From an uncultured Actinomycetes bacterium (GTDB taxonomy: Bacteria; Actinomycetota; Actinomycetes; Nanopelagicales; Nanopelagicaceae), in contig CAIYRR010000022.1 of assembly GCA_903928745.1 (NCBI GenBank), positions 4,650 through 68,649 on the forward strand: a stretch of 64,000 nucleotides of DNA, written 5' to 3'. A model generated the notes under the pieces. It was not told the DNA's origin. It ran no database searches and saw nothing but the letters and a program-made list of their open reading frames with translations. Below are positions 38,893 through 49,349 of this stretch, piece by piece. The position numbers and the translations under genes are program-made. Positions within the stretch are counted from its first letter, which is position 1. Each line of letters opens with the position of its first letter.

Positions 38893-39855
38893 ATGGATGC
38901 TCAATTATTTTATGTAGACCTCGAGGCGAAACCTTCTGTTTTGCAAAGCCTTGCGTCAACCCTTGAAGGTGAAAATCCCTGGGATGCCGAAAATCTGACT
39001 AGGGCAAATAACTACCTCTTCTTGGGTATGGGTTCCTCTCACTACGCATCTTCAATTACAGCCGCTCAACTTCGCTCGCTTGGTATTCATGCAACCGCCG
39101 AACTCGCCAGCAATCCTCTACTGCCGAAATTAGACGAAAATACCGTCATCATTGCAACTTCGGCCAGTGGTAAATCTGAGGAAACCAATTTGGTTATAGA
39201 AGCTTTAACTTCCAAGCATCGGGTAATTGCACTTACGAATGACTCTGCCTCCCCACTGGCAACAATGGCGGCAAGTTCGGTACTCATGAATGCTGGAGTT
39301 GAAGAAGGTGGAGTTGTTTGTCGTACCTATACGCACACACTTGCTCTCCAGCGCGTTCTAGTAAATTCAGTCGATGGAAATAACCAAACATTGACTCCTG
39401 TGTTGAACAAATCGGTCGAAGCCATGAGCTTTCTACTTCAAACCATGGAGAAATGGTTGCCTCGCTTTCGCGAAACGATTGTGAGTCCCCAAGGATCATA
39501 TTTTGTTGCCCCTTCAGAGCGCATGTGTAATGCCCAGCAATCTGCACTTATGTTGCGGGAGGGACCACGAAAGCAAGCAGTTGGTTGCGAAAGCGGGGAC
39601 TGGTCACACGTAGATGTCTACTTAACTAAAACAATTGACTATCGAATGGCCCTTTTTGCAGGTTCCCGATGGGAATCCAACCTTATGAAATGGTGCACTG
39701 AACGAGCTTCAACGGTTGTGGCAATCGGGGCAGATATTGCAGGAGCCACGTACGCACTTAGGTATCCGCATGATGATGAACCCGCCGTCCGCTATTTCAC
39801 TGAATCATTTATCGGTGAATTACTTGCTGCCGACTGCTGGCGAAACCCAGAATAA
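38893..39855 (+). CDS. double-SIS-domain phosphosugar isomerase/deaminase-like protein
   Basis: 320 aa with LGMGSSHYAS and ATSASGKSEET SIS motifs. The ATG abuts the kinase stop. Confidence 0.8.
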   Translation: MDAQLFYVDLEAKPSVLQSLASTLEGENPWDAENLTRANNYLFLGMGSSHYASSITAAQLRSLGIHATAELASNPLLPKLDENTVIIATSASGKSEETNLVIEALTSKHRVIALTNDSASPLATMAASSVLMNAGVEEGGVVCRTYTHTLALQRVLVNSVDGNNQTLTPVLNKSVEAMSFLLQTMEKWLPRFRETIVSPQGSYFVAPSERMCNAQQSALMLREGPRKQAVGCESGDWSHVDVYLTKTIDYRMALFAGSRWESNLMKWCTERASTVVAIGADIAGATYALRYPHDDEPAVRYFTESFIGELLAADCWRNPE

Positions 39856-39862
39856 AGAAGTG

Positions 39863-41794
39863 CTACTCGACGGCCTCTGAGAATTGGCTGGCATACAGAT
39901 CGAAATAGAAACCTTTCTTAGCCATTAACTGTGCATGGCTTCCTTGTTCGATGAGGGCGCCCTTATCCATAACCAAGATCGTGTCGGCATCGCGAATTGT
40001 TGAAAGTCGATGTGCGATTACAAAACTTGTACGTCCCGTCCTAAGTTTGGACATCGCCTGCTGTACCAAAACTTCGGTGCGAGTATCAACCGAACTTGTT
40101 GCCTCATCCAGAATCAAGATTGCAGGATCTGCCATAAATGCTCTGGCAATAGTGAGCAACTGTCGTTCACCATTAGAAACCGTTGAATTATCATCTGTCA
40201 GCATTGAGTCATAACCCTTGGGTAGAGACCGCAAGAAGTGATCGATGTTCGCTGCTTTTGCCGCCTCTACGACATGTTCGTGTAAGGGGTCCAAACTTCC
40301 AAAGGCAATGTTCTCGCTCATGGTGCCTGTAAATAACCATGTATCTTGCAAAACCATTCCAAACTGACGACGTAGATCATCGCGAGTAAGAGTCCGAATA
40401 TCAATTCCATCTAGGAATATCGTTCCCGAATCAATTTCGTAAAAACGCATAATCAGATTTACAAGGGTTGTTTTGCCAGCGCCCGTTGGTCCCACAATCG
40501 CAACAGTCTCACCCGGTTTTACACTGAGGTTAAAATTCTCAATCAGAGGTTGATCAGGTGAATATTTGAAGCAGACATTCTCAAAGCGAATCTCACCAAT
40601 TGCCCGATCGATTGAAACTGCATCTATTGGGTCAGCCGACTCTTCTTGGGCTTCGAGTAATTCGAAGAGTCGTTCAGTTGAGGCAACGCCTGACTGGATC
40701 GTGTTCATGAGACCAGCAATTTGCGCCAAAGGCATACCGAATTGACGAGAGTATTGAATAAATGCCTGTACATCTCCTAAGGACATGCTTCCCGTAGCAA
40801 CGCGGTAGCCGCCCAGAACTGCAATAGCTACGTAGATTAAATTGGAAATAAGGGCAGTGGCAGGTTGGATTAAGCCAGATACAAACTGTGCCTTGAAGCT
40901 TGATTCATAGAGATTGCCGTTTAAGGTTTCAAAATCCTTAATTGCCTGCTCGCGCCTGCCAAACACTTTTACAAGAGCGTGACCTGTATGCATTTCTTCA
41001 ACATGGCCGTTGAGTTTTCCAGTCCAATCCCACTGCGCAATAAATTGTTTCTGTGAGTACTTCGCAATTCGTATCGAAACGAACATGCTCAAAGGAATAG
41101 CGATAAGAGAAACGAGCGCAAGTTCGGGGCTGATCCATACCATCATCGCCAGAACTGACAGAACGGTCAAAACGGAGTTGAGGATTTGCGAAAGTCCCTG
41201 TTGTAGAGAGTTAGAAATATTGTCAATGTCGTTCGTTACGCGGCTAAGCAGATCTCCGCGAGATTGAGTATCGAAGTAACTCAGGGGTAAGCGGCCAATC
41301 TTCTCTTCAGCCAATCGACGAAGGCGATAAACAGTGCGTTGTGTAACGCCAGCCATCAAATAGCCCTGAATCCACATAAAGAGTGAGGAGACTACGTAGA
41401 GCGCAATCGCTAGATAAAGCAGGAGCGCCACAGCATGAAAATCAATTCCCTGCCCTGGTATGACATCACTCTTATTCAACATGTCCGCTAATCGGTTTTC
41501 ACCTTTTGCTCGCATGCCTGCAATGGCATCGGCCTTGCTTATCCCTGCAGGCATGCGCCTTCCAAGGAAACCGTAGAAGACGTAGTTCGTTGCTCGACCA
41601 AGAATCTTTGGGCCAAAAGAACCAATGATGACGCTGGTGGTGATGAGCGAGAGAACCAGAGCGAGCGTCTTTCGTTCTGGATGCAATTCCTTCAAGAGTT
41701 TGCGAAGTGATCCTTTGAAATCCTTTGATTTTGCAGGAGGTGCACCCATCATCGCGCCCATCGGGCCGCGAGCCATCGGACGTTGTCCGCTCAT
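39863..41794 (-). CDS. ABC exporter, fused TMD-NBD half-transporter
   Basis: 643 aa. N-terminal 6-TM domain, GPTGAGKTT, and an LSNGERQ-type signature. 4-nt overlap with its partner. Confidence 0.9.
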   Translation of the reverse strand: MSGQRPMARGPMGAMMGAPPAKSKDFKGSLRKLLKELHPERKTLALVLSLITTSVIIGSFGPKILGRATNYVFYGFLGRRMPAGISKADAIAGMRAKGENRLADMLNKSDVIPGQGIDFHAVALLLYLAIALYVVSSLFMWIQGYLMAGVTQRTVYRLRRLAEEKIGRLPLSYFDTQSRGDLLSRVTNDIDNISNSLQQGLSQILNSVLTVLSVLAMMVWISPELALVSLIAIPLSMFVSIRIAKYSQKQFIAQWDWTGKLNGHVEEMHTGHALVKVFGRREQAIKDFETLNGNLYESSFKAQFVSGLIQPATALISNLIYVAIAVLGGYRVATGSMSLGDVQAFIQYSRQFGMPLAQIAGLMNTIQSGVASTERLFELLEAQEESADPIDAVSIDRAIGEIRFENVCFKYSPDQPLIENFNLSVKPGETVAIVGPTGAGKTTLVNLIMRFYEIDSGTIFLDGIDIRTLTRDDLRRQFGMVLQDTWLFTGTMSENIAFGSLDPLHEHVVEAAKAANIDHFLRSLPKGYDSMLTDDNSTVSNGERQLLTIARAFMADPAILILDEATSSVDTRTEVLVQQAMSKLRTGRTSFVIAHRLSTIRDADTILVMDKGALIEQGSHAQLMAKKGFYFDLYASQFSEAVE

Positions 41795-43524
41795 GCGGCC
41801 TCCTCCGGACTCAATTGTGAGAGCACAATTTCTTTATACGTTTCGCAAGAAGTCATGAGCTCGTGGTGCTTGCCAATGCCAACGATCTTTCCCGCATCCA
41901 AAACGATGATCTGATCTGCACCCAGAATTGTGCTGACACGTTGGGCAACGATGATCACCGTTGCCTCACTTGATTTGCGGGCAAGAGCAGCTCTTAGGTT
42001 TGTATCCGTCGTGTAATCCAACGCAGAAAAACTGTCATCCAAAATGTAAAGCCTTGGATTCTTGACGATTGCACGTGCAATAGATAAACGCTGACGCTGT
42101 CCCCCAGAAAAGTTGGTCCCTCCTTGGGCAACTCTTGCTTCAAGTCTTTCAGGAAGTTCGCTCACAAAATCTGTCGCTTGTGCAATTTCCAGCGCTGCCC
42201 ACAATTGTTCGTCAGTTGCGTGAGAATCTCCGTATCGAAGGTTCTCTGAAATGGTTCCACCAAATAAGAAGGATCTTTGAGGAACAAGTCCTATGTCAGA
42301 CCAAATAGCTTCGAGCGATTGCTCTTGAACGTTGAGTCCATCTAGTAATACTTCACCTGATGTGACATCGATAAATCGTGGAACCAAATTCAATAAGGTG
42401 CTCTTTCCGCTACCCGTACTTCCCACAATTGCCGTAACTTTCCCTGGTTCTGCAGTGAAAGAAATATCAGAGAGCACTGGATGCTCAGCCCCTGGGTAGC
42501 GAAATTCGACCTCTCTAAATTCAAGAATTCCTGTGCGAGTCTGCGGAGATTTTGGCGTCAAAGTGTCGACAACGGAAGAAGGCGTATCTAGTACTTCCTT
42601 GATTCTCTCAGCACTGGCTGCTGCACGAGGAATCATCAGCGACATCATCACCGCCATCATGACGGAACCTAGAATTTGCATGATGTATGCCAAGAATGCG
42701 GTGAGGTTACCGATCGGCATTTCTCCGGTATCGACTAACTTCCCGCCAAACCAAATAACAGCGACGCTGGACAAGTTGAGAATCATCATCAGTACTGGAA
42801 ACATCACTGCAAAAGTACGCGTGACCCCAAGAGTGGTCTGCATCAAGTCATCGCTAGTTTCAGCAAAACGTGCTTCTTCGAAACGAGTCTTGACGAATGC
42901 TCGGATAACTCGCACGCCACTAATTTGTTCGCGCAATACCAAGTTAATTCTGTCGATCTTCTCTTGCATCACCCGAAAGAGAGGAACAATCCGTCGCAGC
43001 AGAGTCCAAATCAAAAGTCCCATGATTGGTACGGCAATGAGCAGCAAACCTGAAAGTTTCACGTTTGTTCGAAGCGCCATAATTACTGCGCCAATGCCGG
43101 TAATCGGAGCACCCAGCATCATTGTTAGACCCATGAATAAAACCATTTGAACTTGCTGCACATCATTGGTGTTACGAGTAATCAAAGATGGTGCACCAAA
43201 TTGATTGAGTTCGCGAGCAGAAAAACCTTCTACTGAAGAAAAGACAGCCCCACGTAAATCGCGACCAAATGCCATGGATACCCGTGAACTCAAGAAAGCT
43301 AGTAGTACCGAGGCCCCCATAATCAATGCCGAAGCAGCCAACATAATGGCGCCGATCTTCCAGATATATCCGATGTCGCCCTTTGATACTCCGTTGTTAA
43401 TTAGGTCGGCGTTAAGTGTTGGCAAGTAAAGGTTGGTAATTGATTGAACAAGAAGCAAGGCAAGAACGATTGCAACGTTCCTGCGATAAGGGCGCAGATA
43501 GGTCTTTAATACCGCGATAAGCAC
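41791..43524 (-). CDS. ABC exporter, fused TMD-NBD half-transporter (heterodimer partner)
   Basis: 577 aa with GSTGSGKST and FSGGQRQR. Confidence 0.9.
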   Translation of the reverse strand: MLIAVLKTYLRPYRRNVAIVLALLLVQSITNLYLPTLNADLINNGVSKGDIGYIWKIGAIMLAASALIMGASVLLAFLSSRVSMAFGRDLRGAVFSSVEGFSARELNQFGAPSLITRNTNDVQQVQMVLFMGLTMMLGAPITGIGAVIMALRTNVKLSGLLLIAVPIMGLLIWTLLRRIVPLFRVMQEKIDRINLVLREQISGVRVIRAFVKTRFEEARFAETSDDLMQTTLGVTRTFAVMFPVLMMILNLSSVAVIWFGGKLVDTGEMPIGNLTAFLAYIMQILGSVMMAVMMSLMIPRAAASAERIKEVLDTPSSVVDTLTPKSPQTRTGILEFREVEFRYPGAEHPVLSDISFTAEPGKVTAIVGSTGSGKSTLLNLVPRFIDVTSGEVLLDGLNVQEQSLEAIWSDIGLVPQRSFLFGGTISENLRYGDSHATDEQLWAALEIAQATDFVSELPERLEARVAQGGTNFSGGQRQRLSIARAIVKNPRLYILDDSFSALDYTTDTNLRAALARKSSEATVIIVAQRVSTILGADQIIVLDAGKIVGIGKHHELMTSCETYKEIVLSQLSPEEAA

Positions 43525-43554
43525 TGATGTGACTCCTAATTTCTTACCGATAGC

Positions 43555-44733
43555 CTACTGCGAAGCGACGAACGCTTTCACGCACTTTTCGATGTCATCA
43601 CTGGAGTGAGAGGCAGATAACTGCACCCGTATACGGGCTTTCCCCTGAGGGACGACTGGATAACTAAATGCGGTGACAAAGATTCCGTGCTCCAACATAT
43701 TGCTCGCAATTCTGGAAGCTTCAATCGCATCCCCAAACATCACAGGAACTATCGCGTGGGATCCCTCTAAAAGAGTGAATCCCTCTTCCATCATTCGGCT
43801 TCGAAAATGCTCAGCGTTTTCAGATAGAGACTGTCGAAGATTCTTGCCTTTTTCGACCAGATCCAACGCAGTTAATGTGCCAGCAATCATGGCAGGGGCA
43901 ATTGAATTAGAAAACAGGTAAGGCCTTGCTCGTTGTCGCAACATATCGATGATTTCAGCGGATGCACTGACGTAACCACCGGAGGCACCACCGAGTGCTT
44001 TTCCAAATGTTCCCGTAAGTATGTCAATGCGACCTTCAACCCCTGCGCGTTCTGGAGTGCCCCGCCCATGCTCGCCAATAAATCCCACCGCATGAGAGTC
44101 ATCCACCATAACCAGAGCACCGTATTTATCGGCAAGATCGCAAATTTCTCTCAGTGGCGCAAAATATCCGTCCATAGAAAAAACGCCATCGGTAACGATG
44201 ATTCTTTGGCGAGCATCTTTAGCGGCAATAAGTTGTTGCTCGAGATCGGCCATGTCTCTATTGGCATATCTGAACCTCTGAGCTTTGCATAAACGAATCC
44301 CGTCAATGATGGACGCGTGATTGAGTGCATCCGAAATGATCGCATCCTCATCAGAAAAGAGTGCTTCAAAGACTCCGCCATTGGCATCAAAACAAGAGGA
44401 GAAGAGAATGGAGTCTTCCATCCCTAAGAAGATTGATAATTTGGATTCCAAATCAAGATGGAGATCCTGAGTACCACAAATGAAACGAACACTCGCTAAC
44501 CCAAAACCCCAAGTGTCCATAGCCTTCTTTGCAGAGAAAATAATCTTGGGGTGATTCGCAAGCCCCAAATAATTATTTGCACAAAAATTTAATACCTTTT
44601 GCCCGCCACTCGAAATGTGTGGCGATTGTGCCGTCGATATCGCTCGCTCTTTCTTGTACAGACCCGCTGACTTGATCTCACTTAACGCCTCTGTCACTTG
44701 ATTCCTGAACGAATTACTCACAAGTTGCTCCAA
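43555..44733 (-). CDS. kbl: glycine C-acetyltransferase (2-amino-3-ketobutyrate CoA ligase)
   Basis: 392 aa, alpha-oxoamine synthase family with PLP-Lys in GTFGKALG. Downstream of tdh with a 16-nt overlap. Confidence 0.92.
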   Translation of the reverse strand: MEQLVSNSFRNQVTEALSEIKSAGLYKKERAISTAQSPHISSGGQKVLNFCANNYLGLANHPKIIFSAKKAMDTWGFGLASVRFICGTQDLHLDLESKLSIFLGMEDSILFSSCFDANGGVFEALFSDEDAIISDALNHASIIDGIRLCKAQRFRYANRDMADLEQQLIAAKDARQRIIVTDGVFSMDGYFAPLREICDLADKYGALVMVDDSHAVGFIGEHGRGTPERAGVEGRIDILTGTFGKALGGASGGYVSASAEIIDMLRQRARPYLFSNSIAPAMIAGTLTALDLVEKGKNLRQSLSENAEHFRSRMMEEGFTLLEGSHAIVPVMFGDAIEASRIASNMLEHGIFVTAFSYPVVPQGKARIRVQLSASHSSDDIEKCVKAFVASQ

Positions 44734-45761
44734 TCTAGAATCACTTTCCCACCAATACCTTTGCGAGCAATATCAAAACCTTCTTGCCACTGTGTGGCGG
44801 GAAGACGATCCGTGATGACAGAGGAAATAGTTGCACGTAACCATTTACTACTAGAGAGCATCGCGCTCATTGCTGCCCAAGTTTCATACATCTCGCGCCC
44901 ATATATTCCCTTGATGGTAATCATATGAGTGACAAGTTTTGCCCAATCAAGATCAATACTCTGAGTTGGAAGTCCAAGCATGGCTACTCGCCCACCATGG
45001 TTCATGTTGGCAATCATTTCGGGTAGCGCACTTGGGTGTCCTGACATTTCAAATCCCACATCAAAGCCTTCTTGCATGCCAAGATTTCGTTGCGATTGTG
45101 CGATTCGATTCTTGGAAACATCAATTGCCAAATCAGCGCCCATTCCCCGTGCTAATTCCAAACGAGGTTCGGATACATCTGTCACGACTATGAATCGAGC
45201 ACCAACATGCCTTGCAACAGCGGTTGCCATTAAACCGATAGGCCCGGCTCCTGAAATAAGGACGTCTTCACCAACTAATGGAAATGTAAGCGCTGTATGA
45301 ACTGCGTTTCCAAAGGGATCAAAAAGTGCCCCGAGGTCAGGCTCGATACCTTCATGATGTACCCACACATTGGATTCTGGGATGACGACGTATTGCGCAA
45401 AAGCGCCATCTCGATTTACCCCGACACTCGAAGTACGTATGCACATATGTCTTCTGCCGGCGCGGCAATTGCGACATGTACCGCAAACGATATGGCCTTC
45501 ACCGGAAACTTTGGCACCGACTTGAACGTCGCGAACTCGCGAACCAACTTCAACCACTTCTCCGTAAAACTCGTGCCCCGGAATCATTGGTGCTTTGATC
45601 GTGCTGGCCGCCCACGCGTCCCACGATTCGATGTGTAAATCAGTTCCGCATAATCCTGTGCGTAGAACTCGTATTTTTACATCACTCTCACCAGTAGTTG
45701 GTTCTGGTCGTTGCACTAATTCAAGTCCAGGACCTGCTGCAGATTTATATAGAGCCAGCAT
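44718..45761 (-). CDS. tdh: L-threonine 3-dehydrogenase
   Basis: 347 aa zinc-ADH with [12 protein letters not shown], the structural Zn cysteines [10 protein letters not shown], and GAGPIGL. Confidence 0.92.
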   Translation of the reverse strand: MLALYKSAAGPGLELVQRPEPTTGESDVKIRVLRTGLCGTDLHIESWDAWAASTIKAPMIPGHEFYGEVVEVGSRVRDVQVGAKVSGEGHIVCGTCRNCRAGRRHMCIRTSSVGVNRDGAFAQYVVIPESNVWVHHEGIEPDLGALFDPFGNAVHTALTFPLVGEDVLISGAGPIGLMATAVARHVGARFIVVTDVSEPRLELARGMGADLAIDVSKNRIAQSQRNLGMQEGFDVGFEMSGHPSALPEMIANMNHGGRVAMLGLPTQSIDLDWAKLVTHMITIKGIYGREMYETWAAMSAMLSSSKWLRATISSVITDRLPATQWQEGFDIARKGIGGKVILDWSNL

Positions 45762-45876
45762 CGAATGCGTCCTTACGTAGTAACTGTGTCAGGCTTCACT
45801 GTAGCCCCAGGAGTGCGATTCCAGGATAAAAGCGAGGTAAAATTCACCCACTGAAACAAGAGCGAAAGGCATCATC

Positions 45877-46095
45877 ATGAGCGAACAACACTGGAGCGCA
45901 ACAGGACTTACCTGCGATCATTGCTCCCATTCAGTTACAAAGAATCTTTCTGCACTAGCGGGGGTTTCTTCCGTGAACATAGAAGTAAAACCTGATGCAG
46001 CGAGCAACATTGTTACCGTCGCAGATCGCGAACTTTCAACTGACGAAATTTTCGGTGCTCTACGTGCAGCGGGCAATTACGTCCTAGTTAGATAA
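45877..46095 (+). CDS. heavy-metal-associated (HMA) domain protein, CopZ-like
   Basis: 72 aa with the metal-binding motif GLTCDHC. Confidence 0.8.
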   Translation: MSEQHWSATGLTCDHCSHSVTKNLSALAGVSSVNIEVKPDAASNIVTVADRELSTDEIFGALRAAGNYVLVR

Positions 46096-46709
46096 GCCTC
46101 TTCAAGAGTCTTGGTAAACGCTTCTAAAGGCTGAGCGCCGGATATACCGAATTTCATATCTATAACAAAGAACGGCACACCCGTTGCTCCCAATTGCGTT
46201 GCCAAGTTTCTATCTGCAATTACTTCATCGGTGAATTTTGTTGAGAGCAAAATGTCTTCAACTACATCGGCATCAATATCTACCGATAAAGCAACGCTCA
46301 CAAGATCGGTATGTGAAAACAATGGCTTTGATTTCTCAAAGTAAGCCGAATACATAGCCTCAAGTAATTCTGATTGTTTATCAACGGTCGCTGCCCATAA
46401 AAGTAAGCGATGAGCGTCGAATGTGTTTCCTGACAAAGTGTTATCGAGGTTGTAACAGAGTCCTTCGCCATCGGCGATGGCGCAAACATTGGCTTGCATT
46501 TCCTTCACCGCGGTTTGATTCAAGTTGTATTTCTCCGAAAGCATGGCCGATGTCGACACCGTGGTTGTAATGTCTGGCTGAAGCTGGAATGCGCGGTGGC
46601 GAATAGTCACTTCGTCCTTGTGCGCGAAGGTAGAGAGGGCCTTTTCCAGTCTCCGCTTGCCGATAAAACACCAGGGACAAACAACATCCGACCAGACATC
46701 AATAATCAT
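46077..46709 (-). CDS. DsbA/FrnE-family thiol:disulfide oxidoreductase
   Basis: 210 aa with N-terminal DVVCPWCFIGKRRLEKAL. Confidence 0.85.
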   Translation of the reverse strand: MIIDVWSDVVCPWCFIGKRRLEKALSTFAHKDEVTIRHRAFQLQPDITTTVSTSAMLSEKYNLNQTAVKEMQANVCAIADGEGLCYNLDNTLSGNTFDAHRLLLWAATVDKQSELLEAMYSAYFEKSKPLFSHTDLVSVALSVDIDADVVEDILLSTKFTDEVIADRNLATQLGATGVPFFVIDMKFGISGAQPLEAFTKTLEEAYLTRT

Positions 46710-47571
46710 GACACTACTTTACCTGTCATTGACACTACCTTTCGCGCTCAGTAACGTGCCTCGCGTGAAAACTAAAATTCTTCTCGTCGGCATAGATGGC
46801 CTCAACCTAAAGACCGCTCTTGATTCAGGGAGGGCGCCGGTTTTGGCGTTGCTACGAAAAAACGGATATTTCTCGGAACTCACCGTTGATGCGCCTACAT
46901 ACTCGGGTCCTGGTTGGTCCACTCTGCTGACTGGTTCAACACATGCCCAACATAATGTCACCGACAATACATTTGTTGGCCATGCACTTTTACACCGTCC
47001 GGATCTTCTCAGTCGTGCTTTCTATCAAGATCAAAGCACCAAGACTTTCGCAGCTGCTGGATGGTTACCGATTGTTGATCCCATGGGATTGGGACCAATC
47101 ATTCATGAGAGACGAGAACAGCAACTTGCATACCAACACCGTGTAATTGTTCGCGATGGTGATACCTATGGCTATGAAAAGATTGACTCCATCATTGCGG
47201 AGGCAAGTTGTTATGCGATGAATGATTTTGGTCCAGATGTAAGTTTTGTCTATTTCTGTGACGCTGATGAAGCAGCCCATGTGTTCAGTGCCGTAGGAGT
47301 TGAATATGTGAATGCGATTGAAAGAGTTGATCGCCACTTAGCTCGTTTGAAATCTTTAATCGAAACTCGAGTAAAAGAACTCGGAGAGAAGTGGCTTTTG
47401 GTTGTCACAACAGATCACGGACATATTGATGAGGGAGGACACGGTGGTGATAGCCCTCAAGAGAAAGCCTCTTTCGTTATTGCAGTTGGTTTGGGCCGTG
47501 AGAACCCTCACTGGGCGCCGTCAATTGCGCCTGAAGATCTCACGCCATTGTTATTAGCCGAGCGGGCTTAG
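46708..47571 (+). CDS. alkaline-phosphatase-superfamily phosphodiesterase/nucleotide pyrophosphatase
   Basis: LLVGIDGL, PTYSGPGWSTLLTG and VVTTDHGH...GGHGG. The start is uncertain: ATG 46708, or GTG 46755 or 46764. Confidence 0.72.
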   Translation: MTLLYLSLTLPFALSNVPRVKTKILLVGIDGLNLKTALDSGRAPVLALLRKNGYFSELTVDAPTYSGPGWSTLLTGSTHAQHNVTDNTFVGHALLHRPDLLSRAFYQDQSTKTFAAAGWLPIVDPMGLGPIIHERREQQLAYQHRVIVRDGDTYGYEKIDSIIAEASCYAMNDFGPDVSFVYFCDADEAAHVFSAVGVEYVNAIERVDRHLARLKSLIETRVKELGEKWLLVVTTDHGHIDEGGHGGDSPQEKASFVIAVGLGRENPHWAPSIAPEDLTPLLLAERA

Positions 47572-47584
47572 TTAAGATCACTGC

Positions 47585-48493
47585 ATGGAACTCCAAAAGG
47601 TCATTCTCTATTACGGCTTCACGCCCATCAGCGACCCAGATGCTGTGAAATTGTGGCAACGAACTCTCTGCGAATCGCTCGGCCTTAAAGGAAGAATCCT
47701 CATTTCCAAGCACGGCATTAACGGAACTCTTGGTGGAGAAATCGACGCCCTTCGCAAGTATGTGCGCGAAACAAAGAAGTATCCCGGGTTTAAGAAGATC
47801 GATTTTAAATGGTCCTCTAGTGAAGGAAATGATTTTCCTCGGCTAGCCATTCGTATTCGCGATGAGCTCGTTGCATTTGGCAATCCCAGCGAACTCGAAG
47901 TAGATGAGAATGGTGTCGTCGGGGGCGGAGTGCACCTTCGACCTGAGCAAGTAAATGAACTCGTAGCCGCACGTGGTGATGAAGTGGTCTTCTTTGATGG
48001 CCGTAATGCTTTCGAGGCCAAGATTGGCAAGTTTCGCAATGCGATTGTCCCTGATGTGGAAACTTCACGCGATTTCGTTGGAGAAATTGAAAGTGGAAAG
48101 TACGACCACCTAAAGTCAAAGCCAATCGTCACTTATTGCACTGGTGGAATCCGTTGCGAAGTTCTTTCTGCGGTCATGAAGAAGCGTGGCTTTGAAGAGG
48201 TCTACCAAATTAAAGGTGGCATTGTTCGCTACGGAGATAAATTCGGAGACGATGGTTTATGGGATGGTTCCCTCTTTATCTTTGATGATCGCATGCATGT
48301 TGATTTCACCAAGAAAGCTAAAGTCATCGGCGAATGCGAAAAGTGTTCCGCACCAACAAACCAGTTCTACAACTGCGCCAATAAGGCGTGCCATAAGTTG
48401 GTACTCCTATGTGGTGAGTGCGCAAAACTCGATGTCAGCAAAGGTTGCGGTCACACACGCACGCGCTACAACAATGCAGAACTAATCGGCTAG
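47585..48493 (+). CDS. trhO: rhodanese-domain tRNA U34 hydroxylase (TrhO/YceA, UPF0176)
   Basis: 302 aa with the N-terminal UPF0176 pattern (ILYYGFTPI...[13 protein letters not shown]), rhodanese active-site loop YCTGGIRCE and a C-terminal Cys cluster. Confidence 0.85.
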   Translation: MELQKVILYYGFTPISDPDAVKLWQRTLCESLGLKGRILISKHGINGTLGGEIDALRKYVRETKKYPGFKKIDFKWSSSEGNDFPRLAIRIRDELVAFGNPSELEVDENGVVGGGVHLRPEQVNELVAARGDEVVFFDGRNAFEAKIGKFRNAIVPDVETSRDFVGEIESGKYDHLKSKPIVTYCTGGIRCEVLSAVMKKRGFEEVYQIKGGIVRYGDKFGDDGLWDGSLFIFDDRMHVDFTKKAKVIGECEKCSAPTNQFYNCANKACHKLVLLCGECAKLDVSKGCGHTRTRYNNAELIG

Positions 48494-49029
48494 ATAAAGA
48501 GAAGCTGTGCGCCCTCTGTCATCTCGATAAAGTCAGAGGCGCTAATAATGCCTTCAACGTCATCACGAAGTTCGTTCATTGTCAGTTTGTTCATATCTGC
48601 AGACATACGGCAAGCCCATAAGTGCCCACCGGCTGCAACGATCTGATCCAAGAAGTCAGGGACTTCAGGAACATCTAGATCAGCAATCTGCTTCTTGAGC
48701 ATCTTGGTAGCAATCGCCGTCATACCAGGAGCTGGCATGACTGATTGAGGAATATGCATATCGCTGCCCGGTAGGTGCATTGCTGTATTTCCAGCAGGGC
48801 TAAATTGAAGATCATTCATACGAGATTTAGTAATCATGTCAAAGCCCCAGAAAGTAAAGAAGATCATCGTGTCAACGCCCTCACCCAGTGCTGCGTTGGC
48901 AAGAATGAGCCCTGGATAGGCCATGTCAAGATTTCCCTTTGAACAAATGATTGCAAGTTTGCGATCTGAACTCTCAGATCCGAAGTTTGGGACAATCGAT
49001 GGTGATGTAGTCATCATGGGCTCCTTCAC
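48490..49029 (-). CDS. DsrE/DsrF-like sulfur-relay family protein (COG2210)
   Basis: 179 aa with [19 protein letters not shown] start overlaps the upstream stop. ATG starts at 49017 or 49014 are also possible. Confidence 0.72.
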   Translation of the reverse strand: MKEPMMTTSPSIVPNFGSESSDRKLAIICSKGNLDMAYPGLILANAALGEGVDTMIFFTFWGFDMITKSRMNDLQFSPAGNTAMHLPGSDMHIPQSVMPAPGMTAIATKMLKKQIADLDVPEVPDFLDQIVAAGGHLWACRMSADMNKLTMNELRDDVEGIISASDFIEMTEGAQLLFI

Positions 49030-49349
49030 ACGCAGCCTTTAGGTTTTGGTAATCCGGCGATGTACGCCATCTTCTTTGCAGGTTTCTTTGGGAAAAGTTC
49101 GAATTGCGTCTTCACCGGTACTCCACCGACTGTCTGAACGCGTCTAGATGTAGCGGTTTCGCCTTGAGTCTTGAAATCCTCGCGAAGGAATTTAATGATC
49201 TCCCAATGCGCAGGTGTCATTTCTACTTCGATTTGAGTTGCAAGAGTCTTAGCAATTTCCTCGTCCCACTCGTCATAGACGGTGAGGAAACCTTCATCAT
49301 TAACGTTGATCTGCTTTCCTGCTATTTCAATGACTGGCATGTTCTTCAA
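49026..49349 (-). CDS. TusE/DsrC-family sulfur carrier
   Basis: 107 aa with the characteristic C-terminus [10 protein letters not shown]. It has a single C-terminal-arm Cys (TusE-type). Confidence 0.8.
   Translation of the reverse strand: MKNMPVIEIAGKQINVNDEGFLTVYDEWDEEIAKTLATQIEVEMTPAHWEIIKFLREDFKTQGETATSRRVQTVGGVPVKTQFELFPKKPAKKMAYIAGLPKPKGCV

Noticed and set aside
42533-43150. Long antisense ORFs inside well-supported genes. Examples: 42533..43150 plus, 47611..48132 minus, 21136..21684 and 21158..21619 plus, 19483..19947 minus, and 25063..25467 minus.
   Set aside because: Each lies entirely within, and opposite to or out of frame with, a gene that has strong family motifs. Their translations are low-complexity or Cys/Arg/Ser-rich with no motifs.
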